Positions 37,641-46,681 are shown, counted from the stretch's first letter. The stretch: DNA of 64,000 nucleotides from Calditrichaceae bacterium (GCA_013360445.1 JABWBP010000036.1:322-64321), one strand, 5' to 3'. A program made the numbers and translations. Notes: generated by a model from the letters alone, not told the origin.

Positions 37641-39197
37641 CTAAGTGGCGGAATGCAGTTCCAACAGCCGCGCTTTCTCTTTTTTCCCGGTGGCGCTCAC
37701 GGGAATCTTGTCGATAAACTCCACGTACTTGGGAATTTTGGTGGAGCTGAGGTGCTGGGTGCAGTAGGCGATGATGTCGTTCTCTTTCAGATTTTTGCCG
37801 TTGAGCACGATGTAGGCTTTGACCGCCTCGCCCAACAGGTCATCCGGCACCCCGATGATGGAGCAATCCACCACTTCCGGCAGGCGCACGATCACCTCTT
37901 CGATCTCCTTGGGGCTGATCCGCTCCCCGCCCACTTTGATGAATTCTTTCTCCCGCGCCACGATGTAGATGTAGCCGTCTTCATCCACGGTGCCCAGGTC
38001 GCCGGTGTAGAGCTTGCCGTTGCGAATGGTGCGGGCGGTCAATTCCGGGTCCTGAAAATACCCGGCCATGATGTTCCCGCCGCTGGCCGCCAATTCCCCT
38101 ACCTCGCCCGGTTTTACCGGTTGGCCGGCTTTGTTGAGCACCTCCAATTTCACCCCCGGAATTCCCCTGCCGATGGAGCCGATTTTAGCGGGGAGCATCT
38201 CCGGGGGCAGGTAGGAGAGCCGGGCGGTGGCTTCGGTCTGGCCGTACATCACATAAAATTTTACTTCCGGAAACGCTTCCGTGAACTCTTTGATAAACGG
38301 CACCGGCAGCTTGCCCCCGGCCTGGGTAACGTAGCGGAGGTGCGGAAACTTCGTCTCTTTGAACCGCCGCGACTTGCGAAGAATGATCTGGTAATGGCTG
38401 GGAACCCCGGAAAAACCGGTGCATTGATAGGTTTGCAGGTCTTCGATGACGGTGTTGAGCATCATAAAAGTATTATTCAGCACCAGGGAGCCGCCCACCC
38501 GCAGGTGGGTGTGCAGCAGGGACAATCCGAAGCAGTAATAAAACGGGAGCACCACTTCGATGCGGTCGGCCTCGGTCAATTTCAAATACTCGATGATCGA
38601 CTCGGTGTTGGCGATGAGGTTGCCGTGCGTGAGCATTACCCCCTTGGGCAGGGCGGTGGAGCCGGAGGTGAAGAGGATTTCCGCCAGGCGGGAGGGGTTG
38701 AAGGCGGCGGCGAGTTTTGAGTCTTGAGTTTTGAATCTTGAGTCTTGAGTTTCGAGTTTCGAGTTGCGAGTTGCGAGTTGCGGGTTTTGAGTTGCGGGCG
38801 GGGTTGGCGCCGGCTCGGGAAAGGCCGCCGGGGCGGATTCGTCAAAAACCTGCTCGAACAGGGGGCTGAATTTTTCCATCGAGCGTTTCTGAATGAACCC
38901 GATCTTCGCCCCGCACTGGCCCACGATGTGCGCCAGCGCCTCCGCTCCGATGGCGGGATTGACCGGCACGCAAACGTTGCCGGATTTGATGATCCCTAAG
39001 TAAGCGGCCACGAAAAATACCGAATTTTCGCCGATGAGGAGGATTTTTTGATCCTCCCCGGCAATGCGGTTCAAATGCGCGGCAATCCGGCAAACCTCGC
39101 GGTACAGCGCCGGGTAGGAAATCTGTTCGGCATTCCCCACGATCACGTCCTTGTCGAGGAACGTCGAGGTTTCAAATGCATAATCCGTGAAATTCAT
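37641..39197 (-). CDS. AMP-dependent acyl-CoA/acyl-ACP ligase (ANL superfamily)
   Basis: ILFTSGSTALPKGV, QAGGKL, MYGQTEATARL, LYTGDLG, GGERISPKEIEE and PVSATGK. Confidence 0.92.
   Translation of the reverse strand: MNFTDYAFETSTFLDKDVIVGNAEQISYPALYREVCRIAAHLNRIAGEDQKILLIGENSVFFVAAYLGIIKSGNVCVPVNPAIGAEALAHIVGQCGAKIGFIQKRSMEKFSPLFEQVFDESAPAAFPEPAPTPPATQNPQLATRNSKLETQDSRFKTQDSKLAAAFNPSRLAEILFTSGSTALPKGVMLTHGNLIANTESIIEYLKLTEADRIEVVLPFYYCFGLSLLHTHLRVGGSLVLNNTFMMLNTVIEDLQTYQCTGFSGVPSHYQIILRKSRRFKETKFPHLRYVTQAGGKLPVPFIKEFTEAFPEVKFYVMYGQTEATARLSYLPPEMLPAKIGSIGRGIPGVKLEVLNKAGQPVKPGEVGELAASGGNIMAGYFQDPELTARTIRNGKLYTGDLGTVDEDGYIYIVAREKEFIKVGGERISPKEIEEVIVRLPEVVDCSIIGVPDDLLGEAVKAYIVLNGKNLKENDIIAYCTQHLSSTKIPKYVEFIDKIPVSATGKKEKARLLELHSAT
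38712..38795. repeat. 12 degenerate GAGTTNN heptamers in frame inside the AMP-ligase
   Basis: 84 bp (12 x 7) encoding ATQNPQLATRNSKLETQDSRFKTQDSKL. Confidence 0.85.
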
Positions 39198-39421
39198 GCA
39201 GCGACTCCGTAATTTTGGAGGATCTCCCTGATCTTTTTGACACTGCTCATGTTGATGATGTCATCCATGTCCAATTCGATATCGTACACTTCTTCCAGGC
39301 GGGCGGTAAACTTCAGGTGGTTCAAAGAATCCCACTTTTCGATTTCCTGGTATTTTATATTATCGTGAACTTGTTCCACCGGGATATTGAAGCATTCGCT
39401 GAAAATCTGTTCAACAGTCAT
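39194..39421 (-). CDS. Acyl carrier protein
   Basis: 75 aa acidic protein with phosphopantetheine motif WDSLNH. RBS GGAAGG, and ATGA overlap with the ligase. Confidence 0.9.
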   Translation of the reverse strand: MTVEQIFSECFNIPVEQVHDNIKYQEIEKWDSLNHLKFTARLEEVYDIELDMDDIINMSSVKKIREILQNYGVAA

Positions 39422-39674
39422 ATCATAATCCTTCCGATAAGTGTGTGTGAGACTTAATTCCCTTTTTGTCAAACGCGCCGTTGCAGCGCTCAGCGTTTAA
39501 ATATGGAGATTTGAATGCCGGGGGGATTGATTCAAGTCAAAATGAGGGCGGGGCGAATTTTGCGAAGCCTTTTAGATCCGGTGATGTGGCAAAGAGAAAA
39601 AAAGTGGCGGCTGGCAGTCGGCCTGCATGTCAAATTGCACCCCGGAAGGCCGGGGCGGCAATCTTAGATTATCT

Positions 39675-39861
39675 CTGATGTTACGCGTTTTGCCACATGG
39701 TTCGATAAACTCACCATGCAAAAGACACGGAGAACCCAGGGTTTACAGCAACTTTTTTAGTGTTTTTACTTCTCAGTGCAATCTCAGCATCAATAAACAT
39801 TTAATTTCCTCCGTGCCCTCTGTGGCTCTGTGGCAAATTCTTTTGTCCTGCGTAACATCAG
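39675..39861. mobile_element. MITE with perfect 12-bp TIR
   Basis: CTGATGTTACGC / GCGTAACATCAG, with flanks TTATCT / TTATCA (5/6 match). Internal TTGCCACA...TGTGGCAA palindrome containing a CATGGT-tcgataaactc-ACCATG hairpin. Confidence 0.75.
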
Positions 39862-39864
39862 TTA

Positions 39865-41262
39865 TCACAATTCCAGTATTTCCCGGAAGGTCTCGATGGA
39901 TTTCGACATATCGTAGCGTTTCCGGTGCTCGCGGATGAAATCGAGGTTGTAATTTGGATGCTGATAGAGGAACAGGATGCCCTTCTCCACGTCGCGGACG
40001 TCGTTGTAATCCGCAAAGACGCCGAATCCTTCTTTGACCGCCGCCTCGGTGGCGCTCTCTTTCTCCGCCACCGCAAAAATCGGCTTGCCCAGGCAAAGGT
40101 AATCGAAAAATTTGCCGGGCAGTTGCAGTTTGGTGAGGGGCTGCAACAGGATGAGCGCCTGGCTTTCGGCCATCATTTCCATCACTTTGGCGTAACTGAC
40201 CCGGGGTAAAAAGCGCACCACGTCTGCGATGCCCAACTCCTTCGCCAGCGGGGGGACGTGCGCCAGGTCCGGGGTAACCCCGCCGATAAATTGAAAAGAG
40301 ATTTTCTCCCGCTCGATCTCGCCGCGTTCGGCCAGGTTCTTCACCGCGTAGAGGATGGGAGTGGGATCGCGAAATTTGTAGAGCGAGCCGGCGTGGATGA
40401 AGGTGACTTTCCCGGCTTTGGCGCCGTTTTGATCGCCCCCGGCGGGAGGGGGGGAAGCGCTTTCCGGGTCGTACCCGTTGGAGAAAAACTTGAATTTCTC
40501 CGCCGGAAGGCCCGGATAACTGCGGATAAAATCCTGCTGCATCTGGCGGGTGATCAGGGTCACCTGGTCGGCCTTGCTCACCACCCAGCGTTCAAAAGCG
40601 ATGATCCGGCGGTGTTTCCAGCGCTCGAAAGCGTTGAGGGTGCGCTCCGCCGCCTCCCAGGGGGAACGCGCCCAGGGATCCCGGAAATCCACCACTAATT
40701 TTTTGCCGGTAAGTATTTTCAGAATGGTGGAAATAAGGTGCAGGCTGTGGGAAGGGGAGCTGGAAAAAATCACGTCCACCCGCTCTTTTTTGATAATGCG
40801 GTACCCTTTAAGCACCGCCAGGGGCAGCCAGGTGACGTGCTTATCGGGAAATTGAAAAATCTCGGTGATAAAATCCTTCAAATTTTGCCACCAGCCTCCC
40901 TGCCATTTGGCGACCTCCGGGCGGGGAGCGCCTTCGGAATCGCCGGAATCGGCCAGTCGGAAAACCGGGCGCGCCTGCTTCACGGAACCGCGCACCAGCC
41001 GGGAGCGAATGGCGTGCCGGAGATTCAGCAGAAAAAATACCAGGTCAAATTTATGGGTGCGGTAAACCGTGACCCGGTCGAGATAGGAGAGTTTGCCATT
41101 TTCGGCGCGGCCGGGAGGAAGGGGATGATAATTTTCCTTCAAAGTCAGCACCGAGACGGCCCATTGGGAGGGATCCAGGTATTTGCAGATGCGCAAAATC
41201 CGCTGGGTTCCGATGGAAAGATTGGGAGGATAATTGGTGGTAATGATCAATAGACGTTTCAT
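39865..41262 (-). CDS. Glycosyltransferase family 4
   Basis: ITTNYPP, VIFSSSPSHSLH, VVDFRDPW, SNGYD, IHAGSLY and PGKFFDYL. Confidence 0.88.
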   Translation of the reverse strand: MKRLLIITTNYPPNLSIGTQRILRICKYLDPSQWAVSVLTLKENYHPLPPGRAENGKLSYLDRVTVYRTHKFDLVFFLLNLRHAIRSRLVRGSVKQARPVFRLADSGDSEGAPRPEVAKWQGGWWQNLKDFITEIFQFPDKHVTWLPLAVLKGYRIIKKERVDVIFSSSPSHSLHLISTILKILTGKKLVVDFRDPWARSPWEAAERTLNAFERWKHRRIIAFERWVVSKADQVTLITRQMQQDFIRSYPGLPAEKFKFFSNGYDPESASPPPAGGDQNGAKAGKVTFIHAGSLYKFRDPTPILYAVKNLAERGEIEREKISFQFIGGVTPDLAHVPPLAKELGIADVVRFLPRVSYAKVMEMMAESQALILLQPLTKLQLPGKFFDYLCLGKPIFAVAEKESATEAAVKEGFGVFADYNDVRDVEKGILFLYQHPNYNLDFIREHRKRYDMSKSIETFREILEL

Positions 41263-42584
41263 CGGATTACCGGGCTTGGTAAGGCGATTTCAGGCTCCGT
41301 TGCCGGCACAGCCGCTTCCGGGTGAGTTTCTTTTTTCAACCGTTCATATTCCGCTTTTTGCATGTTGTAAATCATCATAACAAAGGAACTCAGCCAGAAT
41401 ACGATCTCGGCGTACTGGCGGCTATGGAAGATACCGGCCGCGCAGATTCCCAACAAACCCAACTGCGCCGCGGTCATTTCTAAGGAATATTTCTGGAATG
41501 CAGGCATTTTTTTGGAGAGGCGTTTAGATTTGAAGCTCAGGTAAAAAATATGGCCCAGGAAACCGAGATACAGAATGATGCCGATGAATCCCCAGTCCGT
41601 CAGCACCGCGACAAAGGTATTGTGCTGGGTTTTATCATCGTCGATTTCCGGGATGTAATCGAGCGAAAGCTCCGCGAAGCCTCCCCCGCCCACCCCGTAG
41701 GGATGGTCTTTCCACATCCGGTAAGCGCCCCCCCAGATGTGCAAACGGCTGGTCGCGGAGCCGTCGTCATAGGTTTCCATGGTCTGGCGTTCGGTGAATT
41801 GCTCGTTGGTCAACTGGGTGAACAAGAAACCCCCGATTACCAGCCCGGCAATCACGGCGTAGCGCGCCCGGCCTTTCACCAGGAAAATCGAAAATACGCC
41901 CACCACTAACAATCCCAAGAAAGAAGCCCGGCTATTGGCCAGGATGATCAGGTTGAACAGGAAGGGAATCGTCAGCGCCGCAAACAGCTTGGCCCAGCGA
42001 TTTTTGGTGGTCAGAATATACATTCCGATGAACGGCATTACCGCCACCACGTGGGCGGAAACCGCGTTTTCCTCCGTGGCGTTGGGCGCAATCATTCCAA
42101 TATCCCGGTTGGACCCTTCATTGTAAGCGATCCAACCCCAATAACCTAAGCAGACGATCATCACCCAGACCATTTTCCGGTAGTCCTCATAATCGCGGAC
42201 AATGGAGATCATCAAAACAAAATTGATCAGGACTTTGAAAATCTCGAAAGCCTTTGAGTAGCTGGCCTCGGGAATGATGGCGTGCATGTAGGATACGAAG
42301 TACATATTCAGCACCATCAGGGTAACCCAAATGGCAGGGCGGAGATCCGGTTTTTCCAGGGGGTTTTGTTTACCGCGGTGGATCAGCCAGCTGAGCAGGG
42401 TGGCAATGGCAACCGTAAACGACCAGCCTAACGGGTTATCCGGTATATCATCGCCCCACCAGAAGTAGGGCGGATGATTATGCCACTCGAAGATATAGGT
42501 AAATACGCCGTACACCGGCTTGCGGAAGGTCATGATCAGCCCGGTAAAATAGATCAGGCAGAATAGAATGGCGGTAACGCTCAT
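41259..42584 (-). CDS. O-antigen ligase/polymerase (Wzy_C) family membrane protein
   Basis: Multiple TM helices, ANSRASFLGL, SATSRLHIW, HPYGVGGGGF and QHNTFVAVLTDWG. Confidence 0.85.
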   Translation of the reverse strand: MSVTAILFCLIYFTGLIMTFRKPVYGVFTYIFEWHNHPPYFWWGDDIPDNPLGWSFTVAIATLLSWLIHRGKQNPLEKPDLRPAIWVTLMVLNMYFVSYMHAIIPEASYSKAFEIFKVLINFVLMISIVRDYEDYRKMVWVMIVCLGYWGWIAYNEGSNRDIGMIAPNATEENAVSAHVVAVMPFIGMYILTTKNRWAKLFAALTIPFLFNLIILANSRASFLGLLVVGVFSIFLVKGRARYAVIAGLVIGGFLFTQLTNEQFTERQTMETYDDGSATSRLHIWGGAYRMWKDHPYGVGGGGFAELSLDYIPEIDDDKTQHNTFVAVLTDWGFIGIILYLGFLGHIFYLSFKSKRLSKKMPAFQKYSLEMTAAQLGLLGICAAGIFHSRQYAEIVFWLSSFVMMIYNMQKAEYERLKKETHPEAAVPATEPEIALPSPVIR

Positions 42585-42781
42585 GGCGATCCTTCAATTG
42601 ATTTCAGGCATTGCGGCGCCGGAAATTGCGCAGCGGCTCATTTTTTTATTCAGCCGCAAATTTAACCTTCTCCTTAACCGCCGTTGTGATAGATAACGGC
42701 TTCCGGGGAAAAACTTGCCGGAGGGAGAGGGGAGAATATGAAGTGGGTAACAGAATGGCGCTTTTGATATAGTGGTCAACT

Positions 42782-43000
42782 TTAACGGGCCGGATTGGAG
42801 AATTTCTCGGCAACTTTATAAACCTCTTCCCGGGGATCATTCCAAAATTCAAAAGCCTCTTCGCTCTGTTTGAGATAGCCCAGCCTTTCTATTTTCTGAA
42901 TAATTTCATCGTCAGACAACAGGCGGGCTAAAAATAGCCAGAGGTCTTTTTCTTCAAGATTTTTGATCTCTTTATAAAGCTCCTGGGTTGACATATCCAT
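42782..43000 (-). CDS. Small antitoxin-like protein (orphan)
   Basis: 72 aa, AT-rich, with RBS GAGGA. The acidic SEEAFEFWNDPREEVY tail resembles antitoxins that precede PemK/MazF-like toxins. Confidence 0.5.
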   Translation of the reverse strand: MDMSTQELYKEIKNLEEKDLWLFLARLLSDDEIIQKIERLGYLKQSEEAFEFWNDPREEVYKVAEKFSNPAR

Positions 43001-43025
43001 TCCTCTATTTTGAATTAAAATATTT

Positions 43026-43121
43026 GTAACTATTCAGGCGTTTTGCCACAGAGGCCACAGAGAGCACAGAGACATAAAAAAATTCCTAATCAAATCACAA
43101 ATACAGGGATATAAGGCTCTA
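43026..43121 (-). mobile_element. IS66-like MITE, copy 3 (inverted, truncated)
   Basis: Reverse complement of ~30378-30473, starting GTAACTATTCAGGCGTTTTGCCACAGAGG. The other end is missing. Confidence 0.85.
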
Positions 43122-43172
43122 CGCAGAAAACAACAGAAAAGATTGAACAGGAATTACTATTCAACCCCGGTC

Positions 43173-44354
43173 TCAGGGAAGTAATTTTTTCCGAACGTTT
43201 TGAAGAAAGGGAAGCACGGTCGGCAGGGGATCGAACCAGCGGAAATGCGGGAACACCTGCGGCCGCGCCACGCTCTTGAACCAGCTCCAAAAGGTGATCT
43301 CCTTCAACCCCTTCAGCTCTTTGTAGGCTTTATAATCCAGGGACGGGAACCACAAGGTCATGCGCTGTTTGTATGAATTTACCGCCGGAAGGGGCAGCCC
43401 GGCCAGGTGGTTGTAGAGAATCAGCGAGGTGTCCATGCCGCAGCGCACTAACAATTCGTGGGCGGCGGTAAACCGGGGATTGCACTCGATGATCTTCAAC
43501 TGCCCGTCGCGCAAATCGCGCTTGAACTCTACGTTGCCCAGCCCCCGGAAATTGATGCCCCGGAAAAATTTCAAGCCTAATTCGGCAATTTCCGGGTCCC
43601 AGTCGGTGATGTGGTAGGTGGCCGGCCCGTTATTCTTGGGAAAACGGCGCAGCACCTTTTTGGTGTAATGGAACAGGGTATTTCCCCGGGCGTCGATGTA
43701 GGTATAATAACTGCCTAACAGGCTGTCCGGGCCGGGGATGAATTCGCTGATGATCACTTTCAATTCATATTGCAGCACCTGCTGCAAGCGGCGCTGAAGC
43801 TCCCCCGGGGAGTTCACGATGAACAGTTTATCATCCGGGAAGAAGCGTTTGAATACGTGCGATTGCTGCGGCTTGACGATCAGGGGAAATTTGAAATCTC
43901 CATCGACCTTTTGCAGGTCCGCGGGGCATTCCACGGCGGTGAATTTCGGGGTGGGCAGCCCGATGGAGCGGGTCAGCTCCATGGTTTTGCGCTTGTTGAT
44001 CAGCAGCAATTGCAAATCGGGAATGGATTCATCTAAAATGTAATGATTTTCCAACTCCTTGCGGAATTTGGCCGCGAATTCGATGGCGTCGTCATTGCAG
44101 GGGAAAATTACGCTGCCGTGCAGGGAGGCGCTGTTGGAAGCCAACAACAGTTCTCCCCAGTAATCCGCCGCGCCGTCTTTGCTGGGGATGGGGAATATTT
44201 TATCGGCGTAGCGGGTATAGCAGGCCCCGGTGTTGCGCAGCACGGCAAGATATACCCGGATTCCCTGCCGGCCCAGGGCGCGGGCGATGGCCAGGGCGTT
44301 GGAGGTTCCGCCTAACACCAGCACCGGCGGTTTTTTCGGATTTACGGTTTTCAT
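43173..44354 (-). CDS. ATP-grasp carboxylate-amine ligase (D-aspartate-ligase-like)
   Basis: NALAIARALGRQG, FPCNDD, FPLIVKP, SEFIPGPD, GLGNVEFKRDLRDGQLKIIECNPRF. The start was moved to ATG 44354. Confidence 0.85.
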   Translation of the reverse strand: MKTVNPKKPPVLVLGGTSNALAIARALGRQGIRVYLAVLRNTGACYTRYADKIFPIPSKDGAADYWGELLLASNSASLHGSVIFPCNDDAIEFAAKFRKELENHYILDESIPDLQLLLINKRKTMELTRSIGLPTPKFTAVECPADLQKVDGDFKFPLIVKPQQSHVFKRFFPDDKLFIVNSPGELQRRLQQVLQYELKVIISEFIPGPDSLLGSYYTYIDARGNTLFHYTKKVLRRFPKNNGPATYHITDWDPEIAELGLKFFRGINFRGLGNVEFKRDLRDGQLKIIECNPRFTAAHELLVRCGMDTSLILYNHLAGLPLPAVNSYKQRMTLWFPSLDYKAYKELKGLKEITFWSWFKSVARPQVFPHFRWFDPLPTVLPFLQNVRKKLLP

Positions 44355-45529
44355 CACGCTTCGCTCATTTCCTTGTGAATTAAGGGAGCCAGAAAAAAAT
44401 AATGTACCCAACTGAGCGCACAGAGTGATTGAAACACATTAGCGTTCAGTGGTACAATAAAAAGGGCGAAAGCCCTATGCCGGCTCAAGATGTATTCTAA
44501 AATTGCGCCGGCGACCCCGGCGTTTTCCGATTTATTTTTGATCAGGTAGTGATGGTGCAGCCCCGGGTTGGTGTTGATCTCGTTGATGACGCCCCCTACC
44601 TCTGCGAGAGGACGGGTAATATCCGGGGTAATCAAATCCACTCCCACCAGTTTCAGCTTGAATAAATCGGCAATTTCCGCCCCGATCTTAATGGTCGAAG
44701 GATGCACAATCTGGCGAACCGACTCATTCTCCGCGGCGGTATTCTGGTTCACCACGGTTTTCAGGGCGATTTTTTCTCCCGCGCCGGGGCGATACCCCAG
44801 GGAATACCCCTGCTGTTGGAGGCACAATTTGCATTCGTAATCGATCTCCAGGGGAGAAAGGGCGATGATCTCCGGCGCTTGCAGGCGCTTGCGGTTTTCC
44901 GACTGCATCAATTCCTTCAGGGAGCGCTTCCCGTCGCCCACCACCACGGGGGGATCGCGCCGCACCGCGTCGATGAACCTGCCGTTCAAATACAACAAGC
45001 GGTAGGAGCTTCCGGCGATTTCCTTCTCGATCAACAGGCGCTCGGAAAAAGTCGCCGCCCACCAGGATGCTTTGCGCAGTTGGGAGAGGGTTCGAATTTT
45101 GGTGGTAACCCCGTTTCCCGCCCCGGTGGCGGCGGCCGGTTTCACCACGCAAGGCCCCCCGGTTTTGCGGATAAATTCCAGAGCTTTGCCCAGGGAGTGG
45201 AGGCGGTATTCTAAATAATCCTGCACCGGGTAATTTCGTTCAGCTAAAATGCGGTGCACCAGCGGTTTGTTGCCGGCCATGCGCAGGCTCAGGTGATCGT
45301 CCAACATCACCTTCGCTTCCTGCACGAAAGTATAAGCAGCATCGCGGCTGATTTTATAGTATCCGTAGCCGAATTCTTCGAGCTTCGCGCCGATTTCCGC
45401 GGCAGCGTCTTCCCACAATTGGCGGTAAAACCGCTCGCGCAGGCGTTCGAATTGCGGGCGCTCCGCCACCCGGTGATCCAGGAAGTAGCGTTTGATGCGA
45501 TAATAAGCGACTAAAAATTCACTGAACAA
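44354..45529 (-). CDS. Stand-alone ATP-grasp protein resembling the cyanophycin synthetase/GshAB ATP-grasp domain
   Basis: CVVKPAAATGAGNGVTT, LIEKEIAGSSYRLL, RRDPPVVVGDGKRSLKELM, LVGVDLITPDI and INEINTNPGLHHH. No Mur-ligase half. Confidence 0.8.
   Translation of the reverse strand: MFSEFLVAYYRIKRYFLDHRVAERPQFERLRERFYRQLWEDAAAEIGAKLEEFGYGYYKISRDAAYTFVQEAKVMLDDHLSLRMAGNKPLVHRILAERNYPVQDYLEYRLHSLGKALEFIRKTGGPCVVKPAAATGAGNGVTTKIRTLSQLRKASWWAATFSERLLIEKEIAGSSYRLLYLNGRFIDAVRRDPPVVVGDGKRSLKELMQSENRKRLQAPEIIALSPLEIDYECKLCLQQQGYSLGYRPGAGEKIALKTVVNQNTAAENESVRQIVHPSTIKIGAEIADLFKLKLVGVDLITPDITRPLAEVGGVINEINTNPGLHHHYLIKNKSENAGVAGAILEYILSRHRAFALFIVPLNANVFQSLCALSWVHYFFLAPLIHKEMSEA
44403..44456. mobile_element. 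54-bp TGT...ACA mini-element with 4-bp TSD in the 3' end of the ATP-grasp gene
   Basis: TGTACCCAACTGAGCGC / GCGTTCAGTGGTACA imperfect TIR. ATAA occurs at 44399-44402 and 44457-44460. Confidence 0.5.
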
Positions 45530-45569
45530 TTTTTTATTCCTTTACAACGTTTGCAGCCGGGCGCATTAT

Positions 45570-45699
45570 TGAGTGAGAAGTGGCAAGTTGCAAGTGGCAA
45601 GTTGCAAGTGAGAAGTGAGAAGTGGCATGTGAGAAGTATCCCTTTTCATCCCACTTGCCACTTCCCACTTGCCACTTCTCACTTGCCACTTTTCACTTC
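45570..45699. repeat. Inverted pair of heptamer arrays (AAGTGGC/AAGTGAG and CCACTTG/TCACTT)
   Basis: gagaagtggcaagttgcaagtggcaagttgcaagtgagaagtgagaagtggc ... ccacttgccacttcccacttgccacttctcacttgccacttttcacttc. The right arm includes the stop codon at 45679. Confidence 0.85.
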
Positions 45700-46680
45700 T
45701 TGATATAACATTTCGATTAAAACGGGGTTGAAAATTTCCACCCCCGCGGGATTGAGATACTCCCGGTCGTGGAAATGCGCGTAGGGGTCGAGGGGCAGGG
45801 GGATTTTGTTGAAATCGTAGTAAACCACCCCTTCCTCCCGGGCGATTTCGGCAAAAGTGCGGGAGATTTCTTCGTAATTGGCGATAGCGTGCAGGTTTTG
45901 CGGAGGCTCCGGCTTGGTCGCCAGAATGATCCGGGCGCCGTTTGCTTTTACCAGGCGGATGACGTCACGAATCGCCTGCAATTGTTCTTCCCGCGGAACC
46001 ACCGTTCGGGCAGGAGATTTGCGCGGTTTTTGATCCACGAACCGCGCTTCATAGCGAGATTCTTCGCCGGCCAGGCTCCGGGTAAATTCGACGTAGCCGC
46101 CCGGTATGTAGCGTTCGTCCTCATCCGGTTTCTGGGTGAATTGCGGCGCCAGCCCGCTCAGGTGCAGCATCCATTTGGAGACCGCAAGGTTGAGGGCGTG
46201 GGGGCTTCCGATGGCCAGGGCCATTTCCATCATCTCCGGGGAATAGGAGAGGTTCTGCGAAAGGTCGTAAAAACATTCCAGCCCGTCGCGGTCGATCACC
46301 CGGTAATTCAGGTCGAATACCACCAGTTTGGGATTCAACGCCGCAAAATAATGTTTCAACAAATAGTAAGTATTCAACGGGGTTTGCCCGGTGGTTCCCA
46401 TGTTGAAAGTTTCCAGGCCGCGTTCGGCGTAAATCCGGGTATCGAAGGTGCGGTAACAATGGGAAGAGCCCAGGAAAAGAATATCCAGGTCTCGATAGTT
46501 TTGAATATCCTGGAATCGCTGCAAGGTGAACCCGAATCCCCCCGGGGTCACCGGGTTGCGGGCGGCGATCTTCATAAGGGTCTGATCCCCCACCCCCACG
46601 GTGGAGAAAACGAAGGCGCTGAGGAAGTACAGTCCCCCCAGCAGGGCGAGAAAGAGCGCGGTTTTGCGAATCATAGCCAT
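45679..46680 (-). CDS. SGNH/DltD/AlgJ-like periplasmic partner of the MBOAT
   Basis: N-terminal TM anchor, DILFLGSSHC, TFNMGTTGQ and FHDREYLNPAG (the usual DxxH His is Tyr). Directly follows the MBOAT gene. Confidence 0.7.
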   Translation of the reverse strand: MAMIRKTALFLALLGGLYFLSAFVFSTVGVGDQTLMKIAARNPVTPGGFGFTLQRFQDIQNYRDLDILFLGSSHCYRTFDTRIYAERGLETFNMGTTGQTPLNTYYLLKHYFAALNPKLVVFDLNYRVIDRDGLECFYDLSQNLSYSPEMMEMALAIGSPHALNLAVSKWMLHLSGLAPQFTQKPDEDERYIPGGYVEFTRSLAGEESRYEARFVDQKPRKSPARTVVPREEQLQAIRDVIRLVKANGARIILATKPEPPQNLHAIANYEEISRTFAEIAREEGVVYYDFNKIPLPLDPYAHFHDREYLNPAGVEIFNPVLIEMLYQEVKSGK

Positions 46681-46681
46681 T

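Noticed and set aside
42594..42779. Intact PemK/MazF toxin gene
   Set aside because: No frame gives convincing toxin motifs. It is at most a relic.
44354..45529. Cyanophycin synthetase cphA
   Set aside because: Only the ATP-grasp part is present (391 aa), with no Mur-ligase domain and no cyanophycinase nearby.
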